Positions 56,864-64,000 of a DNA stretch of 64,000 nucleotides are shown here, in pieces. The position numbers and the translations under genes were made by a program. The DNA is from a virus (Duplodnaviria > Caudoviricetes), in the IMG/VR virus record IMGVR_UViG_3300032007_000001. The stretch is one strand, 5' to 3'. The notes under the pieces were generated by a model. That model was not told where the DNA came from. It saw nothing but the letters and a program-made list of their open reading frames with translations, and did not search any database. The first letter of the stretch is position 1, and each line of letters starts with the position of its first letter.

Positions 56864-58478
56864 TTTTAATAGTTCTCAATGTATTGATTATTTTTGAAAA
56901 ATTATTTTCTTCTTTTTTTACTATTGTTTTTTTATTTTCATAAGGATATTTTTCCAATACTTTTCTTGTTAGCGTTTCTAAAAATGTTGTTTCTTTACAT
57001 TTCGTTGCCCAACTAACATTTTGAGAGCCATAATTATCTGGTCTTGCTGTTATTGATTCAAGGTTTGTTATTACATAACCAATATAATCCATCTTATCAT
57101 ATACTACAAATATATATGCATATCCCATTAAATTTACTACAATATCTTCACTCAAAATATACATATTCTTAAATTTTTGTGCCTCTGATTCGTTTTTTAG
57201 GAATTCTATTCTAATATCATTGAAATAAATGCAATCAGTTGGCCTTTTTAATTCAACGTTTGAAAAATGACTGCTAACGCTATTTAAGAAAGTATCATCA
57301 TGAAGTTCTTCATTTATTATTTTTTCAATTACTTCTTTGCAATCTACTTTTTTTGCAGCATAATAATAATAACATAAATTTTTTGTATTGACTTTTGAAT
57401 GTATCAACTGATTAAATGCTTCTTTTTCTCCAAGTTTTTCTTTTTTCTTTTCTACTATTTCTTTCAAGACTTCTAAAAAAATCTTATTTATTTTTTCTCC
57501 ACGAATTTTGTATAAAGATTGATTCAAATCTCCAATCAAAAGAAAATTTTTCTTCTTTTTCGCAAAAGCTATTTTTTTAATATTAAACGTTTTATTTATT
57601 TCTTCATCATCAATATAATCATCCAATAAACTATAATCATTAAATCCAAAATATGAAATCATTTTATATATAATTACATTTCGTGGATTTTTTTTGAAGT
57701 ATATCTCCAATTCTTTTGTTGGTTCTACATCAAAATATTTGCACAAATTCCCAAACAAATATTCGTTCTTTATAAATATTTCATTTTTTTCCAATTGATG
57801 ATTATATCCTCTATATGATTCCAAATATTCGAAACAATCGAATTTTTCATAGTTAAGCAGAAAATCAAATATTCTACATTCTCTCCAAAAACTTTCTTCT
57901 GGAAAATAATCTTTTAATTCTTTAATAATTTCTTTTGGAAAAAATTCTTCATGGTTAAATAAATTAACCATGTCTTTATAAGTCATTGCTGGTTCTGCTA
58001 TTATATTACCATTGTTTTTGAATGTCAAGGTTATTGTTTTTGGCTTTAAGTTTTTATTATCATTATGTATTCTATACCAGCTATCAACATTTTTATGTTC
58101 TTCCATATCAATGGATATATGAACATCAATATATTGTATATGCATTCTGATATTATGTCCGAAATAATCCTTTTCCATTTCAAACATAATCGGTAATGCA
58201 CCATAATATGAAAGCCAATTGTATCTTTCTTCTTTTTTGCAAAAAACAGTGGCTACACAATTTTTGCAAAAACAGGAATTTGTACATACAAAAATTGAAT
58301 TATCTACTGGAAAAAATCCTTTATTTACAGAACCATATTTACCGCATATAAAATATTTTTCATCTTCGGACGTTATAGCTATGCCGGCAAAACAATCTAA
58401 ATCTACTTCTGCTTTTTCATCAAAAGATTTTTCCCATGTATCGTTTTTTAAGTTATGAGTAAATCTTATCAATTCCAT
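56847..58478 (-). CDS. Hypothetical protein (543 aa)
   Basis: Long ORF with GGAG SD; no recognised motif. Confidence 0.7.
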   Translation of the reverse strand: MELIRFTHNLKNDTWEKSFDEKAEVDLDCFAGIAITSEDEKYFICGKYGSVNKGFFPVDNSIFVCTNSCFCKNCVATVFCKKEERYNWLSYYGALPIMFEMEKDYFGHNIRMHIQYIDVHISIDMEEHKNVDSWYRIHNDNKNLKPKTITLTFKNNGNIIAEPAMTYKDMVNLFNHEEFFPKEIIKELKDYFPEESFWRECRIFDFLLNYEKFDCFEYLESYRGYNHQLEKNEIFIKNEYLFGNLCKYFDVEPTKELEIYFKKNPRNVIIYKMISYFGFNDYSLLDDYIDDEEINKTFNIKKIAFAKKKKNFLLIGDLNQSLYKIRGEKINKIFLEVLKEIVEKKKEKLGEKEAFNQLIHSKVNTKNLCYYYYAAKKVDCKEVIEKIINEELHDDTFLNSVSSHFSNVELKRPTDCIYFNDIRIEFLKNESEAQKFKNMYILSEDIVVNLMGYAYIFVVYDKMDYIGYVITNLESITARPDNYGSQNVSWATKCKETTFLETLTRKVLEKYPYENKKTIVKKEENNFSKIINTLRTIKNALFC

Positions 58479-58519
58479 AAATTTTCTCCAAAAATAAATG
58501 GACTTGGAAATCCAAGTCC

Positions 58520-58548
58520 ATTTTACTATGTTTTACATGAAATGTAAA
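58520..58548 (-). promoter_or_regulatory. SigA-type promoter
   Basis: TTTACA-17nt-TAAAAT. Confidence 0.55.
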
Positions 58549-61500
58549 TTATTTTTTTATACTTGGTCTTCCTTTTATTCTATACAAATCACCGTATTGC
58601 GGGTCCAATTTCGTTATAACGCTAGTGTTTGTATTTATATTTCCAATAACAAACATGAATATTTCACCTTTTTCATCTGCTACTGGACAATATGCTCCAA
58701 TATACTTTTTAATTGGAGTTGTGGTATCATTAAAGTATAAATTAAAATCTACATTCTCAAATGATATGTTCCCATCTTGGAAATAATTGCTATTTTTAGT
58801 AAGAATATATTCGTTTGAAAGACTACATGTCTCTTCATTATTTTTCAACATGAAATCATTCATAAATACAATCTTTTTATTTATATCTTCATTATTCAAG
58901 GTTGTAGTCATATCATTAGTTACGTTTTTAAGAATAATATCTGCATTATCAATTTTATAACTATACACCATACCACCAGGTAAACCATTAATAATATTAG
59001 TTTGAATAGCTTCATTATTTGGTTTCCCTGTACTAAGTGTAGTCATAAAGTATTTCCAGTCTCCAACTCTTGTAACTTTTTTGTTGTTGACTGTCATAAC
59101 ACCTTGATAAGGAACATGTTCGTACCAAATTGACAATAAATCTTCATTTGTCATTTGATAAGAAACCATAATTGGAAGTTGTATCGTTACATCTTTTCTT
59201 GGTTTTGATTCTTCATCAAATATAATCGTAATGAATGGAGAACCAAAAGAATCGTCTGTAATCCTAACTGGCATTGTATTATAAATCTTTTTATTTGTTG
59301 GCATACCGTGTTCATCATAAAAAATTTCACCATTATGATATACGAGAACGGTTTCTTCTTGTCCAACTATTTTTGCTTCATTATTTAATTCGTTGTTTAT
59401 GAATGTATATACACTCTTTAGTACACCACCATGTATTCCACCGTCTTGTGTCATATTCATGCAAGGCAATGTATATACATTATCAACGCCATTTGCTACA
59501 AATTCCAACAATTTACATTTATGCATGTTCGTCATGATTGTTTTGGATTTTAAATCATAATCAAAACTATATCCGGCACACGCAAGTTCAAATGTTATAG
59601 TATCACCAATATTCAATGGATATTTTAAGTATACTTTGAAATTCAAGTCTTCTTCGCCAACAATTGGTGAAGGTGTTTTTGTTATTGATTCAATCCTATT
59701 TGTATGAGAACCAACAATACCCAACACTTTATACCCATATACTTCTATCGGTATTTCATATTGGTTTGTACCATTACCTGAAACGTTATAGTAAATCAAA
59801 CGAGCATAACATTGACTGTGCGTTCTGTATTCATTTGTAAAATCATATGCTTCATCTTCATTACCAAAAACTTTTCTTGGCTTTAAGTATGGAATTTTTC
59901 TTGGATATTTTGAATTAATATCATTGAAAGAAACTTCTTGTTCTATATACAATGGATATTCATAATTTGCCACAGTATCTGCATCCATATCGTATTTAAC
60001 AATCGCAGCACCGTTTATTTTTGTTGGCATGTCTATTCCACCGCAACCTGGAGATAAACATACAACACATTGTATTATAACTCTCTCCAAATCTTGGTTA
60101 TATGGATAGAATATGACGTGATTCGTACCTACACCCTCAACTCTACCATACGTTATATTGCTTAATTTATTCCCATCCATATCGTAAATTTCCGTTATGC
60201 TTTCAACGTATTTATCTTCATTTAGATTAATTTCAAAAGTTGCAAGGTTTTCTTCTTCATTTTTATTTATATAGAAAATTGTATCTTTTTGTGTGAAAGC
60301 ATTGTCGCTGTAGTTATTTACGATAGAATTGAATCCCGGCATCAACAAAGTATTATAATTGCTAAAGTCTTTTGGTATCATTGGCCAGAATTTATTAACA
60401 ACGTATGTATATCCAGTACCAGAACCCATGATTAATTCATAATTGTTATTGAATGCAACAAAATTGTCTATAATGAATCCTGGACTATATTGATTCATTG
60501 AATCTCCAATTTTAAGTCTAGCTGCTTTCAAATAACATCTTGAATAATCTGCCTGTGCTACTAATTTCGTATTTATATAAACGTAAATTTGTCCAACAAC
60601 TGGTGAAGGCTCATTACACCAAGAAATACGAATATGATAGTATCTTCCAGAAATAATTAATTTATCTGAAAGATTTACAATTGCTTTATTTTCAATATAA
60701 TTATCATTGCTAATTTCATAATTATATTGAGATAGAATCAATTTATTCTTTAATTTTTGTAATTTAATGATTGGAGAATTGCTTTCATTTACAAGAGACA
60801 ACATAACTTGACTATAATCGTCACAACCGTTCCAATTGCTCTTCATATAGAAGTCAATTGTCCCTTTTTCTTCTGTAAGCAAGTCAGTTACATTGTATGA
60901 TAATTCTTTATTATCATCTATAATTGCGCCAAGATGATTCAAGGAATTATCGAATTTTATAGCCGCGTCATATACCAATGGTCTGCTAGCATCATATGTT
61001 GGAATTAACTGGTTAATAGTACCATCGAATGGTATCATTAATTTACATGAACCAATTTCTCCAAAATTGAATAATCTATTGCCAATTTGTACTCTTCTCT
61101 GAATTGGCGTTCCGTTTGTTGTTAAATTATTATTGATTAAATCTTTGAATGTATTATCACACAATACTTCATAATCAAATCCAGATAATGATACTGTTTT
61201 TCTTAAATCAATTACATCATTTTCTGATATAACATCATATGCTAATCTATCTGTTCTAAAATAATTCTTTATATCACCATTTTTGGAAGAATCGTTATTG
61301 ACCAACATATCATTATAAGAATCAGAACCATTATAATTTTCAAAATTATACTTTGATAAATTTCTTCTTCTTATCCTAAACATTGGCAATGCAAATACAT
61401 ATTTACCGAATAAAGAAGTTGATTTTATTTCAAAATCTTTTCTCCCGGCAACATATAAATTCTTATCGTGGTTAAATGATTCTTCTAAAAATAATTCATT

Positions 61501-62178
61501 TGTTGCTTCGCAAAACACGAGATTTACATTCGGTTCTACACCAAATTGACCATTGGCTTTTGCGAAAACAGAAGAATAATGTAATATATCATTATATCCT
61601 AAGCCTTCTGGATATTCATTAAAATTACATTCATTCTTTACTCTTACATCCCAACACATTGTTATGCGACGAGATGTTTCATCATTTACTCTATCATCGA
61701 ATGCTAATTGACCTAAACTCTCACCATCAACATATCCATTTTTATTTGTATCTTCTATACCTTTTTTGCTTTCAAACCAAACTTCAAGATACACCAAACT
61801 ATCATACGTTGAATCTTCAGTAGGATTACCAAGGTCAATCAATATATAATTATCAATTTTATTGTATGTAAAATTACCACTAGCAACCAATGGATAACCA
61901 TTTATGACGCATTGAAACGGTGCTATTGCAATTTGATTTTTTAATATCAAACCGTTAGCACTCGGGCGGAAAATCATTTTTTCGCCTTTGAAATTTGGGT
62001 CAACCAAATATGTAAATCCACTTGGAATTGCTTCTCTAAGCATTGATGTTCTAGCATTTTCTTGAATCTGTTGCAATTCATTCAGTTCGACTTCAAGTAG
62101 TGGGCGGTCATGACCGAATTTAACAGACGTATAGCTAGATTTTTCATTATAATTGGAGTGTCTATCAAAATGTTCCAA
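58549..62178 (-). CDS. Large virion structural protein (baseplate/tail) with LamG-like domain
   Basis: N-terminal Y.SVKF..DRPLLEVELNELQ; LVYLEVW; GTIDFY...W...YHIRISW...VYIN...IG...IDN (LamG-like). Confidence 0.7.
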   Translation of the reverse strand: MEHFDRHSNYNEKSSYTSVKFGHDRPLLEVELNELQQIQENARTSMLREAIPSGFTYLVDPNFKGEKMIFRPSANGLILKNQIAIAPFQCVINGYPLVASGNFTYNKIDNYILIDLGNPTEDSTYDSLVYLEVWFESKKGIEDTNKNGYVDGESLGQLAFDDRVNDETSRRITMCWDVRVKNECNFNEYPEGLGYNDILHYSSVFAKANGQFGVEPNVNLVFCEATNELFLEESFNHDKNLYVAGRKDFEIKSTSLFGKYVFALPMFRIRRRNLSKYNFENYNGSDSYNDMLVNNDSSKNGDIKNYFRTDRLAYDVISENDVIDLRKTVSLSGFDYEVLCDNTFKDLINNNLTTNGTPIQRRVQIGNRLFNFGEIGSCKLMIPFDGTINQLIPTYDASRPLVYDAAIKFDNSLNHLGAIIDDNKELSYNVTDLLTEEKGTIDFYMKSNWNGCDDYSQVMLSLVNESNSPIIKLQKLKNKLILSQYNYEISNDNYIENKAIVNLSDKLIISGRYYHIRISWCNEPSPVVGQIYVYINTKLVAQADYSRCYLKAARLKIGDSMNQYSPGFIIDNFVAFNNNYELIMGSGTGYTYVVNKFWPMIPKDFSNYNTLLMPGFNSIVNNYSDNAFTQKDTIFYINKNEEENLATFEINLNEDKYVESITEIYDMDGNKLSNITYGRVEGVGTNHVIFYPYNQDLERVIIQCVVCLSPGCGGIDMPTKINGAAIVKYDMDADTVANYEYPLYIEQEVSFNDINSKYPRKIPYLKPRKVFGNEDEAYDFTNEYRTHSQCYARLIYYNVSGNGTNQYEIPIEVYGYKVLGIVGSHTNRIESITKTPSPIVGEEDLNFKVYLKYPLNIGDTITFELACAGYSFDYDLKSKTIMTNMHKCKLLEFVANGVDNVYTLPCMNMTQDGGIHGGVLKSVYTFINNELNNEAKIVGQEETVLVYHNGEIFYDEHGMPTNKKIYNTMPVRITDDSFGSPFITIIFDEESKPRKDVTIQLPIMVSYQMTNEDLLSIWYEHVPYQGVMTVNNKKVTRVGDWKYFMTTLSTGKPNNEAIQTNIINGLPGGMVYSYKIDNADIILKNVTNDMTTTLNNEDINKKIVFMNDFMLKNNEETCSLSNEYILTKNSNYFQDGNISFENVDFNLYFNDTTTPIKKYIGAYCPVADEKGEIFMFVIGNINTNTSVITKLDPQYGDLYRIKGRPSIKK

Positions 62179-62270
62179 AACACATTACCTCCTTTTATAA
62201 AAATAAACTAATTGTATTTTATTTAATTTATAGAAGAACGAAATAAATAAAATAATTTCGGGGTGTAAAT

Positions 62271-62609
62271 ATGAAACATTTGATTAAAAAAGCAAATTAT
62301 GATATAGTTGATAAAATTCTTGAATATGCAAAAAAACGTAATTTAACGATTCAAGAAAATGAAGATAACTATATTATATGTGGTTCAATCGCACTAACAT
62401 TTATGGGAATTGAAGTAATAAATACAGATATGGAATCAATTGATTCCAATGATTTTTCTATTTCAATTATTATAGAAAAAAATCAAACTGATGTAAAAAA
62501 AGGTTTATTAAAATTAAAAAATGGTAAATTTAATTTTGAAAAAGAAATAGCATTGGTTTATATTTTAAGATTACTAAGTACTAAAGACATAGAATCAATT
62601 GGATTGTGA
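62271..62609 (+). CDS. Hypothetical protein (MKHLIKKAN leader)
   Basis: GGGGTG SD. Confidence 0.65.
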   Translation: MKHLIKKANYDIVDKILEYAKKRNLTIQENEDNYIICGSIALTFMGIEVINTDMESIDSNDFSISIIIEKNQTDVKKGLLKLKNGKFNFEKEIALVYILRLLSTKDIESIGL

Positions 62610-62618
62610 GGTAAAAAT

Positions 62619-62942
62619 ATGGAAATTTATTATGGGATTACAGACTTTAATGATGTTAAAATAACTAAACTTATTTTAGACGAATGTACAAATGGAATAT
62701 ATTACATTATAAAAACAGAAAATGATGAACCATTACAAAAATATAATTTGTGGAAAAAAGAGTTAATTTCAGCAGAAAATTTTGATAAGTTGTTTACAGA
62801 TACACATTGTATTTTTTCTCATGATAAAAAATTAATAAAAATGAGATTAACTGATGAAATTAACAAACAACTTGAAGAATTAGATAAAAAAACAAAACAC
62901 TTAAAAACATTGAAGAAAAAAGTAAAAGATGCTACAAAATAG
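62619..62942 (+). CDS. Hypothetical protein
   Basis: GAGGT SD; paralogous start at 63002. Confidence 0.7.
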   Translation: MEIYYGITDFNDVKITKLILDECTNGIYYIIKTENDEPLQKYNLWKKELISAENFDKLFTDTHCIFSHDKKLIKMRLTDEINKQLEELDKKTKHLKTLKKKVKDATK

Positions 62943-62955
62943 TAGCATCTTTTTA

Positions 62956-62984
62956 TTTACATATCATATGTTTTATGTTAAAAT
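62956..62984 (+). promoter_or_regulatory. SigA-type promoter
   Basis: TTTACA-17nt-TAAAAT with extended TG. Confidence 0.7.
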
Positions 62985-63001
62985 AAAAAAGAGGTGATAA
63001 T

Positions 63002-63079
63002 ATGAAAATATATTATGGAATAACTGATTTTCATAAAGTAATTATAAAAGAACTTATAATTGAACCTTATAAAAATTAA
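63002..63079 (+). pseudogene. 5' fragment of a paralogue of 62619-62942, interrupted by IS607
   Basis: MKIYYGITDFHKVIIKELIIE vs MEIYYGITDFNDVKITKLILDE; similarity ends at about 63064. Confidence 0.7.
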
Positions 63080-63127
63080 AAATATAAAATTATAATATAA
63101 TATATTATAAAAATAAGAGGTGATAAA

Positions 63128-63727
63128 ATGTTAGCAAAAGATGTGTTAAGAGTATTAGGTATTACAAGAGCTACTTTAACAAAATATGTAAAAACTGGAA
63201 TCATAAAAGTAAATGTTTTGCCTAATAAAAGATACGACTATAATGAAGAAGATGTTTATAAATTTTTAAATAAAGATATAAAAAGAAAAACAATTATATA
63301 TGCTAGAGTATCTACTCAAAAACAAAAAAATGATTTAGAAAATCAAATTAATTTACTCAAACAATTTTGTTTTTCAAATGGTTATACGATTTCTGGAATT
63401 TATCAGGATATAGCTAGTGGAATATCTTTTGAAAAAAGAAAAGATTTTTTTAATCTTTTAGATGAAGTTATAAGCGGAAAAGTAGAAAGAATAGTAATTA
63501 CTTATAAAGATAGACTTTCAAGAATTGGATTTGATTTATTTCATCATTTATTCCAAAAATATAATTGCGAAATAATAGTAATGAGTGAAATTGGAAATAA
63601 TAAATTAGATTCTCAAGAAATATTTGAAGAAATTGTTAATCTTTTGCGTTGTTATTCTATGAAATTATATTCCAATAGAAGATGCTTAAATAAAATTAAA
63701 GAAGCAATAGAAGATGATAACGAATGA
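63128..63727 (+). CDS. tnpA: IS607 serine transposase TnpA
   Basis: N-terminal MerR-like HTH; IYARVST.KQK.DL.NQ, DIASG, YKDRLSRIG, YSMKLYS.R. Confidence 0.93.
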   Translation: MLAKDVLRVLGITRATLTKYVKTGIIKVNVLPNKRYDYNEEDVYKFLNKDIKRKTIIYARVSTQKQKNDLENQINLLKQFCFSNGYTISGIYQDIASGISFEKRKDFFNLLDEVISGKVERIVITYKDRLSRIGFDLFHHLFQKYNCEIIVMSEIGNNKLDSQEIFEEIVNLLRCYSMKLYSNRRCLNKIKEAIEDDNE

Positions 63728-64000
63728 TAAAAGTAGAAAAACATATAATAAAACAATCTAATAAACATTTTAAATTAATAAAACATTTTTGTTGGTTATC
63801 TAAAAATCTTTATAATCATGCTAATTTTTTGATACGAGAAGAATTTATAAAAAATGGTAAGTGGTTAAGATATCAAGAATTGGATAAGATATTAAAAAAC
63901 GACTCAGAATATCCAGATTATAAAAATATGCCAACAAGCCAATCTGCTCAACAAATATTAAGATTATTAGATAAAAATTGGATTTCATTTTTTAAGTCTA
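63724..64000 (+). CDS. tnpB: IS607 TnpB, 5' part (runs off the window)
   Basis: MIKVEKHII...LSKNLYNHAN...DYKNMP.SQSAQQIL..LDKNW.SFF; ATGA overlap with tnpA. Confidence 0.88.
   Translation, partial: MIKVEKHIIKQSNKHFKLIKHFCWLSKNLYNHANFLIREEFIKNGKWLRYQELDKILKNDSEYPDYKNMPTSQSAQQILRLLDKNWISFFKS

Larger units (their letters stand above)
63065..64000 (+). mobile_element. IS607-family element (left part)
   Basis: tnpA serine recombinase + tnpB; AT-rich left end starting at CC 63065. Confidence 0.85.

Noticed and set aside
1-64000. Alternative genetic code (TAG/TGA recoding seen in some large phages)
   Set aside because: Conserved genes are full length in the standard code, and TAG and TGA both act as real stops at gene ends.
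1-64000. tRNA/rRNA genes
   Set aside because: No intergenic cloverleaf or T-loop (GTTCRA) context found by eye; tRNAscan-SE would be decisive.

Overview
AT-rich (visually about 25-28% GC), gene-dense segment that reads as part of a large lytic (jumbo-type) phage genome, probably infecting a Bacillota host. It uses the standard genetic code, and I saw no tRNA, rRNA or CRISPR array. Replication and DNA-metabolism genes: type IIA topoisomerase subunits GyrA and GyrB, NAD+-dependent ligase, DnaB helicase, DnaC-like loader, a primase Zn-finger-only protein, RecJ, and an SF2 helicase carrying a mini-intein. Other recognisable genes: a sigma factor, ClpX, RNA/nucleotide-processing enzymes (Thg1-like, P-loop kinase, HAD nucleotidase, 2H phosphoesterase, DHH/DHHA1, CMP/dCMP deaminase), an OFA-type MFS transporter, an M48 peptidase, tail-fibre/structural genes and two holin-like paralogues. 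Selfish elements: a GIY-YIG endonuclease, a solo TnpB, an IS607 at the right edge, and an extein-less Hint-HNH gene. The most striking unexplained structure is an 8-member paralogue family, six of them in a coupled tandem array at 29.8-34.1 kb. Members share conserved ends (R-x-L-S-x-x-E-Y-x-K-[YF]-I...L-N-G-S-I...W and FRPVF-x-Y-x-DNNKS) around an unrelated ~115-170 aa middle. One member is frameshifted at an A6 run, and a separate 23-codon 'collapsed' remnant lies at 861-932. This looks like a repertoire of variable C-type-lectin-like binding proteins. Also notable: a basic N-terminal leader (M-K-[RH]-L-x-K-x-A) shared by about 12 unrelated ORFs, nine TTTACA-N17-TAnAAT promoters, a DGR-VR-like tail-fibre tip, and a GyrA with an altered quinolone-binding helix. 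All family assignments come from recognising motifs by eye; no database searches were run.
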